Virus record (IMG/VR): IMGVR_UViG_3300027301_000003
Location: 10,423 to 74,422 of that record
Direction: 5' to 3' (one strand)
Origin: a virus
DNA length: 64,000 nt
Position 1 is the first letter of the stretch. The number at the start of each line of letters is the position of its first letter. Both the position numbers and the translations under genes were made by a program. Shown here piece by piece: positions 25,955 through 36,200 of the stretch. A model generated the notes under the pieces. That model ran no database searches, was not told the origin of the DNA, and was given only the letters and a program-made list of their open reading frames with translations.

Positions 25955-26407
25955 TTATTTTGCAGAGGATGTAGGCCATGATTGAATCAACGTTCTGGCA
26001 TCAAGGGCGTGACCATCAGCTTTTCTCGCCATTTCTTCAAGAGCAACTGAACACTCTCCGAATACGGTTGTTGCGGTTGCTGCGTAGTCTCTAACGGAGG
26101 TGCAGGTAGAACTATTGATGGTGGCACTATTACGGGTGTTGTAGTCCCGCACCCAATTAAGCTCAGACTGAGCAGCAGAGGCAGCAGCAGCGTTTTGTTT
26201 AGCTTTGACTTGTGCTTGTTGTAGTGCAGCATCTTTTTTCCTTTGCAATTCTGTTGATTGATCTAAAACTTGTTGTGTAGCGGTAGCTAAAGCTTTGGAA
26301 TGCTGAGTATGAATATCACTGATAACAGAATCCATACGCCAACCTTGGACCAAGAAACCCGCAACGAAAGCACAAGCAGTTAAGCCAGCAGTGATATAGT
26401 AATTCAT
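25955..26407 (-). CDS. Inner-membrane spanin (Rz-like)
   Basis: N-terminal TM followed by a coiled coil; next to the endolysin. Confidence 0.8.
   Translation of the reverse strand: MNYYITAGLTACAFVAGFLVQGWRMDSVISDIHTQHSKALATATQQVLDQSTELQRKKDAALQQAQVKAKQNAAAASAAQSELNWVRDYNTRNSATINSSTCTSVRDYAATATTVFGECSVALEEMARKADGHALDARTLIQSWPTSSAK
25987..26232 (-). CDS. Outer-membrane spanin (Rz1-like lipoprotein) embedded in the i-spanin gene
   Basis: Signal LLLPLLLSLSLIG-C lipobox and Pro-rich mature part in an alternative frame. Confidence 0.8.
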   Translation of the reverse strand: MLHYNKHKSKLNKTLLLPLLLSLSLIGCGTTTPVIVPPSIVLPAPPLETTQQPQQPYSESVQLLLKKWREKLMVTPLMPER

Positions 26408-26408
26408 A

Positions 26409-26747
26409 TTATTCCTTATTATCCTTATTCATAGTACCACGAATATAAGCTGTAGCTGCCATGAATGCAACAACGATAGTACCCATTGCAGCAGAGAATG
26501 TAGTTGCTAAACCCATTATTAGATTAACTTTTTCAGAACTAACAAAAGGTAGTGTCATTAATATAATAGTTAAAAATGGTAAGAATAAAGCTGCCCATGC
26601 CATTAATCGCTGTTGATCAGCTAATTTATCCATGTTATCTATTTGTAGCATTCTTTCGCTGCGATTTAATTCATCGTCAGTTACAATACCGTCATGGTCT
26701 GCATCAAATTGTTCATAAATGGAATTTGCTTCTAGTTTTTTTGACAT
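26409..26747 (-). CDS. Holin candidate with N-terminal EF-hand-like motif
   Basis: DADHDGIVTDDE loop plus two TM segments in the lysis cassette. Confidence 0.6.
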   Translation of the reverse strand: MSKKLEANSIYEQFDADHDGIVTDDELNRSERMLQIDNMDKLADQQRLMAWAALFLPFLTIILMTLPFVSSEKVNLIMGLATTFSAAMGTIVVAFMAATAYIRGTMNKDNKE

Positions 26748-26755
26748 AATGCACC

Positions 26756-27235
26756 TTAAGTCATTAATTGATATACTACCATAAATAATAGATAAGCTAA
26801 ATACAAAGCAATTGCAAGCATTGAATACAAGAATATATTTTCTATGACTTGTTTCTTGTGCGCTATTTGCAGTTTCTTATCTCTGATTCTCTTGGCTATA
26901 ATAGCTCTTCTTTCATCTATCATTTCTCGATAAGCAGCTTCACCGTAAGCCATCTTCACTAGCATCATTAACTCATATTCTTGTTTAATTACTGCTCTGC
27001 GTCTTACTAGGTTATCTAGGGCTTCTTGCTCTACGGAACCTTTGCTGATTAACTTCTTAAATATTGAAGGATTTTGTACTTCTTCTTCGGATTGCTTTAC
27101 ATCAGATACTGCAGTGAAGAATTTACCCAATGCTCCAGAAACTTCATGTAATTCTCTACCAACTTCAATACCTTGCTTTACTGCATTATAAGCAGCAGTT
27201 GCTATTGCAAAAGCACTTACCGGATCAATCATCAC
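26756..27235 (-). CDS. Membrane-anchored hypothetical protein of the lysis region
   Basis: IDPVSAFAIA N-terminus and C-terminal TM. Confidence 0.65.
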   Translation of the reverse strand: MMIDPVSAFAIATAAYNAVKQGIEVGRELHEVSGALGKFFTAVSDVKQSEEEVQNPSIFKKLISKGSVEQEALDNLVRRRAVIKQEYELMMLVKMAYGEAAYREMIDERRAIIAKRIRDKKLQIAHKKQVIENIFLYSMLAIALYLAYLLFMVVYQLMT

Positions 27236-27459
27236 ACACCCAATATAAGTTTAATTACATTAGTAATACCCATTGCTTGTGACAATACCACTACTACAGC
27301 ACCTATCGCTAAATACTTGATTTGATTTAATGTATTTTCTATACCAGTTAAGGAGTTGCGTAAATCAGTTGAAATATCCTGAAGTTTCTTTAGTTCTTCA
27401 GCATGATCTTCTACTCTTAACTCTAACTTAATAACACGGTGTTCAATTTGTTCAGACAT
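27232..27459 (-). CDS. XhlA-like coiled-coil + TM protein (holin/antiholin candidate)
   Basis: EHRV.KLE coiled coil and C-terminal hydrophobic helix. Confidence 0.6.
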   Translation of the reverse strand: MSEQIEHRVIKLELRVEDHAEELKKLQDISTDLRNSLTGIENTLNQIKYLAIGAVVVVLSQAMGITNVIKLILGV

Positions 27460-27492
27460 ACTACTACTTTCAGACTACTTAAGGATATAAAC

Positions 27493-27520
27493 GAAAATAG
27501 GCCACCCGAAGGTGACCTAG
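27493..27520 (-). terminator. Intrinsic terminator
   Basis: TAGGTCACC-TTCG-GGTGGCCTA-TTTT on the minus strand. Confidence 0.75.
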
Positions 27521-27529
27521 CAATGATTT

Positions 27530-27558
27530 ATTATATCATTAATGTTGATGAAAATCAA
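27530..27558 (-). promoter_or_regulatory. Sigma70-type promoter upstream of the lysis cassette
   Basis: TTGATT-17nt-TATAAT with TG extension. Confidence 0.65.
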
Positions 27559-27561
27559 GGG

Positions 27562-27732
27562 TTATTTATCTTCGATTACTACTTCTGGTTCAACTTTATT
27601 GAGTTGTTCTTCAGTTTGTAATTTAAACTTCATGCACAGAGGATAGACCCCGGATTTAGTTGGTAAGTCACCTAAGATTTCTAGTACTTTTTGTACGTCC
27701 TCTAGTTCTAATTGAATGTTTAATGATTTCAT
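27562..27732 (-). CDS. Small hypothetical protein (not in ORF track)
   Basis: 56 aa MKSLNIQLELEDV...LGDLP; AAGGAG RBS. Confidence 0.65.
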   Translation of the reverse strand: MKSLNIQLELEDVQKVLEILGDLPTKSGVYPLCMKFKLQTEEQLNKVEPEVVIEDK

Positions 27733-27741
27733 ATTTCTCCT

Positions 27742-28020
27742 TTAATTGGTTATATTGGCAAAAACATTTACAAACACAGTGCCATCTTCCAATGCTTCAA
27801 TTTCATGCCATTCGTTTGCGACAAGATTTACAGGCTGAGTGTCTTTAGTCATTACCAACTCACGACCCTCTTTGCGAACAATGCAACACCCTGAGTGACA
27901 CATTGTAAGGTGTGAATACAGATGTTCGTGCTTTGGTAACCCTTCGCCTTTTTTGGTGTGGTAGACATTCAGGGTTGTGCCGTTTTGTGTGACAACAAAG
28001 CGTGGGGCTACTGTGTTCAT
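27742..28020 (-). CDS. Cupin-domain protein
   Basis: GLPKHEH.YSH.T...H.IEALEDGTVFVN. Confidence 0.8.
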   Translation of the reverse strand: MNTVAPRFVVTQNGTTLNVYHTKKGEGLPKHEHLYSHLTMCHSGCCIVRKEGRELVMTKDTQPVNLVANEWHEIEALEDGTVFVNVFANITN

Positions 28021-28268
28021 AGCGTCTGAGCACCTTCCGTAACAGGCTGCACAGGCTCTGGTGGAGGGATATATTCAGCGATTGGACCATATGTTCCATC
28101 AACAATGTCTGCAAATATTGCACGACCATGTGACTCAACGTCATTTGGTGATGCAGTGAATGGTAAAACCTCATCGCCAAATTGTGATGTTGTGATTTCA
28201 CAATTTATTGCAGTGTGTTCTGCGTTGCCCCACACGGGGTTTGTCAGGGAGTTAAGTGTTGCTTGCAT
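28017..28268 (-). CDS. Tail fibre assembly / chaperone-like protein
   Basis: NPVW.NAEHTAINC...LPFTASPND...GRAIF...YGPIAEY.PP; downstream of fibre genes. Confidence 0.65.
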   Translation of the reverse strand: MQATLNSLTNPVWGNAEHTAINCEITTSQFGDEVLPFTASPNDVESHGRAIFADIVDGTYGPIAEYIPPPEPVQPVTEGAQTL

Positions 28269-28279
28269 AATTTTTCCTC

Positions 28280-28651
28280 TTAAGAAATTCTTAGCCAAAG
28301 ACTAAGCCTACCATCACCAACTGCACCACAACCTCCATCTACTACGCCAGCCGAAAAACCCATCAATCGCCATGTTCCAGCTACAGCGGGAGTTACTGTC
28401 GAACTCCCGGCGTAGTTACCACCCGCTAAAGCTGCACCACCATATCGCAAGCCAGTTCCCGCCAAAGTTGTTCCCGGTGTTCTAGTTGCGTTTGCCGCAA
28501 GATTAACATCAACCATAAACGCATACGTTCCAACTGCTCCAACAGCAGCCCCTGCGGTTGCGTTTAAAACAGTGGTTGATGTTATAGCAGTGCTCTGTGT
28601 TGTACCATCATTAAAGACAATACCATTAGTACCATTAATAGTAACTGCCAT
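28280..28651 (-). CDS. Small tail-fibre-related protein
   Basis: ING..GI.F.DGT.Q, GAVGTYA and GTWRLMG fibre-tip motifs. Confidence 0.65.
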   Translation of the reverse strand: MAVTINGTNGIVFNDGTTQSTAITSTTVLNATAGAAVGAVGTYAFMVDVNLAANATRTPGTTLAGTGLRYGGAALAGGNYAGSSTVTPAVAGTWRLMGFSAGVVDGGCGAVGDGRLSLWLRIS

Positions 28652-28652
28652 A

Positions 28653-28907
28653 TTACTCTCCAGCTAAAGCAGTAGGTATAGCAGCTTTTAGTTCTTCAGG
28701 TGTAGTTGCATATACCACAACAGGGTCAGTTGTTGCATCTCTTAGAGCTTGCTTTTTAGCTCCAATCTCAGCTTGCTTTGCTGTATCACCAGCTTCAATG
28801 GCTCTCATCATTTCGATATCAAGAGCAGCTAAAAGTGGAGCACGTTCTGCACGAATCATATCTTTTTTGATTTCCAATGCTTTTTGCATGTTTACAATAA
28901 TAGGCAT
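28653..28907 (-). CDS. Tail fibre assembly-like protein
   Basis: IRAER.PLL..LD...KQALRD. Confidence 0.6.
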   Translation of the reverse strand: MPIIVNMQKALEIKKDMIRAERAPLLAALDIEMMRAIEAGDTAKQAEIGAKKQALRDATTDPVVVYATTPEELKAAIPTALAGE

Positions 28908-28911
28908 AACT

Positions 28912-29100
28912 TTACTCCATTGTCCAAGCGTTACGGAAAGTACGATCTTGTGGGATATCTGCAGCATCTACAATTTCGTAAGGAGTACCGTGTGGTACAT
29001 CTTTGGCTGCAATTTGTTGAATAGTTAAACCAGATTCAGGTGCTGGAATGATAACCGCAACGCCTCCATCTGGTGTTTTATAAATGATTCTATTTGTCAT
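28912..29100 (-). CDS. Tail-associated hypothetical protein
   Basis: IA.KDVP.G.PY.IV....IP.DRTFRNAW. Confidence 0.65.
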   Translation of the reverse strand: MTNRIIYKTPDGGVAVIIPAPESGLTIQQIAAKDVPHGTPYEIVDAADIPQDRTFRNAWTME

Positions 29101-29132
29101 TATATTTCCTTTATGTTAAAGTTGACGATTAA

Positions 29133-29525
29133 TTAGCGGAAGATGGATATACACACAATGTTGCAGTCGATTGGACCAGACGAGTTCCCCTGCTTCCAAA
29201 ATCCACGTAGAGCACTTGTAGTAGGAGGAAAAGATGTTCTTGAGTTAAAACATTGACCACCAACCACTGTGTCAATATTGTCTCCACTCGATCCTGAAGC
29301 TGTGAAGCAATAGTTAGCATCTGTCATAGCATTAGTAAAGTTTACAGTATAATCACCAGTACCATTATCAGTAATACTACTTACATTAAAAGCTGCACGA
29401 ATAGCTACAGTACCTGTACCGTTAAAGTTAACCCAAGCTTTTGCACTACCGTTTACTACTGTACCTACCGGAACGGTCAATGTACCCGCTACGTTTTGAA
29501 GGGTGTCTGTTTTTATTGTTGACAT
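29133..29525 (-). CDS. Tail-fibre-related protein (AKAWVNF family), paralog 2
   Basis: AKAWVNFNG...NVSSITDNG.G.Y.VNF. Confidence 0.75.
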   Translation of the reverse strand: MSTIKTDTLQNVAGTLTVPVGTVVNGSAKAWVNFNGTGTVAIRAAFNVSSITDNGTGDYTVNFTNAMTDANYCFTASGSSGDNIDTVVGGQCFNSRTSFPPTTSALRGFWKQGNSSGPIDCNIVCISIFR

Positions 29526-29542
29526 TTGTTGGTCCTTTTAGA

Positions 29543-29914
29543 TTAGCGGAAGATTACAACGTTTACCTGTGGTAAGTCTTGCAGTGTGTGACCATTACCA
29601 ACTGACCATGTACCAATCCTTATCGAACTAGATGTCCTGAAATACGAAACTTCGGAACCGCTAACGAAATAACCAGAAAGAGTACCTGTTGGTGTATCTG
29701 CATTTGCCCATCCAGATACAGCATAATCACTGTCTACCATAGCATTAGTAAAGTTTACATTATAATTACCTACTCCATTATCAGTAATACTTGAAACATT
29801 ACCGGAAGCTCGTATTGTAATAGTACTAATACCACTAAAGTTAACCCAAGCTTTTGCTGTATATACCTCAACACCAGATAAATTCTGGATTGTTGTGCAT
29901 TTAATTGTTGACAT
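29543..29914 (-). CDS. Tail-fibre-related protein (AKAWVNF family), paralog 1
   Basis: AKAWVNFSG...NVSSITDNG.G.Y.VNF. Confidence 0.75.
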   Translation of the reverse strand: MSTIKCTTIQNLSGVEVYTAKAWVNFSGISTITIRASGNVSSITDNGVGNYNVNFTNAMVDSDYAVSGWANADTPTGTLSGYFVSGSEVSYFRTSSSIRIGTWSVGNGHTLQDLPQVNVVIFR

Positions 29915-29932
29915 TATTATTTTCCTTATTCA

Positions 29933-32900
29933 TTATACAACAGTCCATACAGAGCCACTTGATACAGTTACCGTAATACCACTGTTAATAGTAATAGGTC
30001 CAGCACTCATTGCATTTTTACCAGTAGCAACGGTATAGTTAGTAGTTACTGCTTGACCATTCTCATAGAAAATCTGATCAGCACCACCACCAGTTGCACC
30101 ACCTCCACTTAAACCCAATGTTCTCCATGAAGTTCCATCTGTGATTATAATACAAGATTGTCCGGGTGTCAATACCTTAGTAGCTGCACCATCAATTAAT
30201 TCTGCACTGTTGGGGTCAATAGTAATTGTACCTGTACCAGTATTAATGATACCTACAGAGAAACCGTTAGCTAAAGTAGCAGCAGCAGTTAAAGATACAC
30301 TGAATGTACCAGAGCATAAGATAACATCACCACGATCACCAACTACTACAGTATAAGCTGCAGTCTTTGCTACAGTTTGAGCAGCAATAGCACCTAAGTT
30401 TTGTAGAGCAGCAATTTGAGTCGTAGCACCTGTACCACCTGCTGCTAATGCAACAGTACCCCATGTAGGAGCAGCAGCACCACCTGAGAGCAATACTTGA
30501 CCAGATGTACCAGCGGCACTAATAGCCATTGCAGAAGCACCAGAATAGACGATACCACCGTTTACTGCAGTTAGAGAAGCGTTAGTACCACCAGCGGCTA
30601 AAGAAACGTCTGTAGCATTCCATACACCTGTAGTGATTGTACCTACTGTAGTTGCAGCAGCGGAATTGACAGCAGCAGTTGTTACAAGTTCAGATTGTAC
30701 GTTAGCTAAAAGTTTAGGTCTAACTACACCGTCTGTGCCTGTTTCTACATAATAATGGGTAGCTGCAGTTGCCGTATCTGCTGTACCAACTAAGTTTAAA
30801 CTTGTAGGATAAAAAGCACCACCGTAGTTTAAACGAGTAGTACCAGTTGGAGTTGTAGTTCCACCATCAAGTTGACCTGCAGCAGCAGTTGTACCATTGT
30901 ACTTTAAAGCACCAGTACTTGTTGAACCTGCAGTTAATGTAGTTGCAGATACAGTAGCAGTAGTTACTATCTCAGCTTGAGCATTAGCTAAAGTCTTAGG
31001 TCTAACAAAACCATCACTAGCTGTTTCTACAAAGTAGTGACTAGCTGCAGTTGCTGTATCACCAGCACCTAGTAAGTTCAAGTTTGTAGTATAAAAATTA
31101 CCTTCGTAGTTTAAACGAGTAGTATTTACTGGAGTTGTTGTACTTGCGTTAAAAGTACCCGCAGAAATCGCAGTACCTGTTACCTGTAATAAACCACCAA
31201 TTATTTGATTACCACCTAAATAAGTATCACCTCCAGCAACAAATAGTGACCAACGGCTACTAATTGTTACGTTAGTACTTGCAACAGGAGCACCAGCAAT
31301 ATATAAAGTACTTGCGTTTGTATAGGTACTAGCTGAACTAGATTGTAATGTTTCTATACCTAATGAATTTGAAGCTAAATGAGCAACAGCACCTGCTACT
31401 GTCATTGTAGTCGCAGAAGGAATAGCAATATTAATACCTGCTGTAGTAACTGGTGTAGGGATAAAACTAGAAGCGTTTGCATCCACAAATCTATTCCAAA
31501 GCATTACTGTAGTATTAAGAGTAGAAGTTCCTGTAAAGTAAGTCTTGAAACTTTTACCGGAGTTAACTGTACCTACGCTTACGTTTACAATAGCACCATC
31601 TAAGTCACCGGATGAATCAGCATCTACAGAACGAGTCAATGTCCAAGGAACTGTAGTAGAACCAATTGCTGTAACAGTATAAACACCGTTATACTTAGGT
31701 GCATCAGTAGCAATTAAACCACCTAAAGTGCGTTGATCTTTTACAAGAACTCTGTCGTTTACAGCAACAGCCACACCGTCAATTGAAAGAGCCGCAATGA
31801 CTTGTGTAAATGTAGTTGCAACAGCAGTACCAGCTACAGTAGCTGCTGCTGAAAGAACAAAAGTAGTTGCGTTCGTAATCGAAACAACGGTAGTACCAAC
31901 TGGAATATTAGCGTTACCGGATAGGACAGCACCAACTTTGATACCAGCAGTAGAAGTCGTAGTAGCAGTAGTGGAAAGAGTTGTAGTTACTGCTAGACTG
32001 AAAGTGTCATCATAACCAGTTAATACGTTAGCCGCAAAAGTACTTGCAGGTAAATCTGCAGTTGTTGCAACTCTTACGATTTTCTTATATGAAGAATCAG
32101 CAGCATGAATACTTAGATCAAAAGAAGCCCAAGTTGGAGCAGAAGCACCATTACTTTGCAGAACTTGACCAGCAGTACCAGCAGCAGTAGAAGCATAAGC
32201 AGTAGTGCTATTACCAAAGATAATACCACCTTGAGATGGTGCAGTTGTTGTACCTGTACCACCGTAACCAACGGCTACCGTATTACCGTTCCATACTGAA
32301 CTTGTAGATAATGTCTTATTGGTTAAAGTTTGAGCTTCGTCAGTATTAACTACAGTTCTTTGAACAGTACCGTTACCATAAGTAAATGCACCTGATAAGT
32401 AACCTAGTCTACCTGCAGTTGTACCAGATGCTGTACCTGATAATACTGGAGTTGTTAAAGTTTTATTGGTTAATGTTTGAGTACCACTAACTGTATCAAT
32501 ATCCACACCGTTAGCTTGAACAGTACCTGTACCTTTGGAAACTAAATCTAAACTAATGTTGGTATCACCACCTCTAGCAGCAACAGTAGGTTTTACACCA
32601 GTTGCTGCATTAATTACAGCAACATAGTTTACAGCAGAAGCATTACTGTCGAATTCCAATAGTTCATTACCAGCAGCATCAGCAATAAAACCCAAATCTG
32701 CAAATCTTGGAGCAGTCAAAGTTTTATTAGTTAAGGTATCTGTAGTAGCTCTACCAACTAGTGTATCAGTTGATGTAGGTAAAGTAATTGTACCAGTGTT
32801 AGTAATAGTTGAAATTACAGGAGCAGTGAGTGTTTTGTTAGTTAGCGTTTGAGTATCGCTAACAGTTACAGCAGCATTACCACCAATTGTAGTACCACTA

Positions 32901-33199
32901 GCAAGAGCAGTAGTACCACTAGATGACAGCGTAGTAAAAGCACCTGTTGATGCAGTAGTAGCACCAACAGAGCCGTTAATGTTGATAGAAAAAGAGGTGC
33001 TCAGAGCACCCCAAGTTGTACCGTTATATTTCTCCCAATAACGCAACGCACTATTCCATCTAATTGAGTTAGTTGGAACGTTTGTTGCCGTAGTAACTGC
33101 AGGGTCCAAACCAACGGAAAGGTCGTCAAACCTTCCGTCAAGTTCAGAAACGAAGTTTACATACGTACTGGTTGTCTGAGGCAAGTTATGATTTGCCAT
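29933..33199 (-). CDS. Long tail fibre protein
   Basis: 1088 aa, Thr/Gly/Ala rich, TQTLTNKTL repeats, DRVLVKDQ...NGVY module; downstream of the tail tip gene. Confidence 0.85.
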   Translation of the reverse strand: MANHNLPQTTSTYVNFVSELDGRFDDLSVGLDPAVTTATNVPTNSIRWNSALRYWEKYNGTTWGALSTSFSININGSVGATTASTGAFTTLSSSGTTALASGTTIGGNAAVTVSDTQTLTNKTLTAPVISTITNTGTITLPTSTDTLVGRATTDTLTNKTLTAPRFADLGFIADAAGNELLEFDSNASAVNYVAVINAATGVKPTVAARGGDTNISLDLVSKGTGTVQANGVDIDTVSGTQTLTNKTLTTPVLSGTASGTTAGRLGYLSGAFTYGNGTVQRTVVNTDEAQTLTNKTLSTSSVWNGNTVAVGYGGTGTTTAPSQGGIIFGNSTTAYASTAAGTAGQVLQSNGASAPTWASFDLSIHAADSSYKKIVRVATTADLPASTFAANVLTGYDDTFSLAVTTTLSTTATTTSTAGIKVGAVLSGNANIPVGTTVVSITNATTFVLSAAATVAGTAVATTFTQVIAALSIDGVAVAVNDRVLVKDQRTLGGLIATDAPKYNGVYTVTAIGSTTVPWTLTRSVDADSSGDLDGAIVNVSVGTVNSGKSFKTYFTGTSTLNTTVMLWNRFVDANASSFIPTPVTTAGINIAIPSATTMTVAGAVAHLASNSLGIETLQSSSASTYTNASTLYIAGAPVASTNVTISSRWSLFVAGGDTYLGGNQIIGGLLQVTGTAISAGTFNASTTTPVNTTRLNYEGNFYTTNLNLLGAGDTATAASHYFVETASDGFVRPKTLANAQAEIVTTATVSATTLTAGSTSTGALKYNGTTAAAGQLDGGTTTPTGTTRLNYGGAFYPTSLNLVGTADTATAATHYYVETGTDGVVRPKLLANVQSELVTTAAVNSAAATTVGTITTGVWNATDVSLAAGGTNASLTAVNGGIVYSGASAMAISAAGTSGQVLLSGGAAAPTWGTVALAAGGTGATTQIAALQNLGAIAAQTVAKTAAYTVVVGDRGDVILCSGTFSVSLTAAATLANGFSVGIINTGTGTITIDPNSAELIDGAATKVLTPGQSCIIITDGTSWRTLGLSGGGATGGGADQIFYENGQAVTTNYTVATGKNAMSAGPITINSGITVTVSSGSVWTVV

Positions 33200-33212
33200 T
33201 GATTTCTCCTAT

Positions 33213-36200
33213 TTAATAACCTCGTACAGTCCAAGATATTGTTCCACCTACATTTGCACCTGCTGAATTGTAGTTAAAGATGTTAAACCTAGTAGGATAA
33301 GGTTTATCAAAGAAATCTACAACAGTTGTTGTTGGGTTAACACTATTTGGAGTTGTTGTAATAGATGTAACATCTACATAATCTATATTAGGTACTACAG
33401 TAGCACCATAATCGTTTGTGCATTTCAATAGATACGAAATCTTTGAAGCTGCGTCTGCTGCATCGCATTGGATAACAACTGGTCTAGCCATGAATTGAAC
33501 TTGTGTACCTGTTCCTGTTGGGTTATTCCAATGAAAACATCTTTGCATAGTCTGAAGAGCACCTGCTGTAAACTTATAACTTGTAGCAGAAACAACCTTA
33601 GTTCCTGACATATTATAAATACCAGAGATGCCACCATCAACAGTACCATAACTAGATGGATAGACATAACCAATCAGTAAATACCAAGTATTCAATGCAG
33701 GTAAATCTCCAGTCCAGAAATATGGGTTAGCATTCACAGTTCCAGCTAAGTTAGATATGGAATTATTATTAGCTGTACCAAAATAGCTAACACCATTATT
33801 TGTAGTTGTTTTCACAAATACAGCAAACATGTAACCTTTAGTTGAATCAATATCTGAATAAATACTCTGGAAACCACCATCATCATTTAATGAAGTGTCT
33901 GCATCAATACAAGTCCAGATATTTTCATTACTTGTACTTGGCCCACTAGCTGTAATAATTGTATTTTCAGCAGCAGTACCAATTAAAGTATAACCAGAAG
34001 GTGGCATTGTCATACCAGCAGTCCATGTATAATAATCAGGAATAACGCTTCCTTGAGCATGTGATCCACCGATTGCCAATACTGAGGAACCCGAATCAGT
34101 TTTCTGTTTAGCATCAAGTCTTACAACTAAACCGCTAATACTATAAATATTACCTGAAGTAACTTGTGTTGCGCTTACTCTGACTTTAATATATCTAAAG
34201 TTAGTAGCGAAAGCACTTGTACCTGCAGGGAATGAAGTATATGTACTACCGTTCAATGAAGAACTAATTGTAACAGAAATATCAGGAGAACCTGCAATAT
34301 TTACACCAGAAAGAGATACTGTAATCTGACTACTACCAAGAGTTGTTCCATAGTCAAAGACTTCTTCATAGTAACCAGAGGTAGTTCCCGGTTGAATATA
34401 AATTGGAAAACCTGCATTGATTTGATCAGTAGGAGTATTCCATGATCTTGTTGTAAAGTGTCCTGAGAAACTTTCAACAGTATCAACTGGTAATACTAAA
34501 TATCCTGTGTTAGCCTCTATTATAGCATTAGATTTGGTTCCTGTAAAGGTGCTAATGTACTCTGCGTTAAAAATATAATCAGGAGGTTGTGAAACAGTAG
34601 CAGCTAAACTAATAGGAATGGACTCATTGTTATCGGTATCTACTACAGCAATCCAATATGTGTATAAACCACCTTGAAGTTCTGTAACAGTAGTGAATGT
34701 ACCAGACTTAGTACCGATTATACTTGCTGTATTCCAAGTAGCACCCTTCTTAATAAGAACGTGTGAAATTGGAAGCGATGTAATCTGAGGTAAGTCCCAA
34801 TACAACAATACGGTATTATCAATAACCTGTGCTTTTAAGTTACTAGCAGCATGAGGTGTTTCTTTAGTTACACTGATAGGAGTTCCTGTTGATTTATTAC
34901 CGATTAAGTCCACTGTTCTTACTGTATAAATCTTATCACCTAACCAATCAGCGTCTTGCGTTATTGATGTAGAATTTGAGTAATTGATATTATTGTAGAC
35001 AGTACCAACGGAAGTACCAGCAAGAACACCAGCAGCATTATCAATATACAATTGAGTTGCGCTAATAATCTGAGTAACTTTTCTACCTGCAGGAATGTTT
35101 GCATTACCTGATAGAACATCACTTACAAGAATACCTTTAGTACTTGTTAGAGTTAATAAATTACTGTTTGCAGTAGTAGTAGTGGGTACAGACAATGCAC
35201 CTGTAATTTCATAATGCTTTAAACCAAAAGTAGGAGAAGTATCTAACCATCTTAAAGATACAGTAGCACTTGTTAGACTTGTATCAACGAACTGATAAGT
35301 TATACTTGCAGTATTTACAGGTGCAGCTACAGTGTATTGAAATAGTCTAGAAGATGAACTATATCTATTATCTGAATCATACGCTCTTAGATACCAGCTT
35401 GAAGTAGTACCGCTTGTAATACCAACCATATCAACAGAAGTATTAGATGCAGAACCTTTCCAAATAAAACCAGTACCACCCCAATTAGTATCAGAACTTC
35501 TTAGTTCATAACCAACAATAGGTAGTGATGTTTTAATATTGTCAGGCCAATCCAAAGATAACGCAGTACCTTTAATACCGGGAGTTAAAAATGCTCCGGG
35601 TTGATTTGGAACAACTTTAGCTAATACAAAAGTTTGTGCAAGTGAAGCAAAACCAAGGTTATCGTAAGCAGTTACAGACAAAGTAGCATTACCTAACCAA
35701 TCAGCAGGTACAGCCCAATCAGTAGTGAGTCTAGTACTATTAATTGTTCTAACAGGATCAGTTGTAGTTAATGAAACTTCGTATCTTTCAATACCAAATA
35801 CACTGGTTGATGGCTTAACCCATTTGAATTCAGCTAAGGAGTTGGTCAATGAAGTATTAAACGCTCCAGATAAAGTCTGCGGATTACTTGGTCTTACAGT
35901 AGTATAACTAACTGGACGAGCAACAAGTGAATAACGCAAGTCAGTATCAAATGCCCATAAGTCCCAAGTGTTAGCACCTAGAACTAGATTTGAAACAGTA
36001 ACAGATGAAGCTGTACCTTTCCAAATGTAATCAGTACCTCCGGGAGAACTACCAGTTGCTCTTAGTTCATAACCAGCAATTGGTAAACTACCTTTAACAC
36101 CTTCGTTCCAAGCAATTGTTAAACCAGTTGGTGAAGCAGTTGTTGTAACAGTAGTCGGTGCAACAGGTCGAGTTTTACCTATGGTAGAACTGAAGTTAGC

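Noticed and set aside
27742-33199. Diversity-generating retroelement or invertible tail-fibre shufflon
   Set aside because: No reverse transcriptase, no TR/VR pair with adenine-specific differences, no invertase, and all genes are on one strand.
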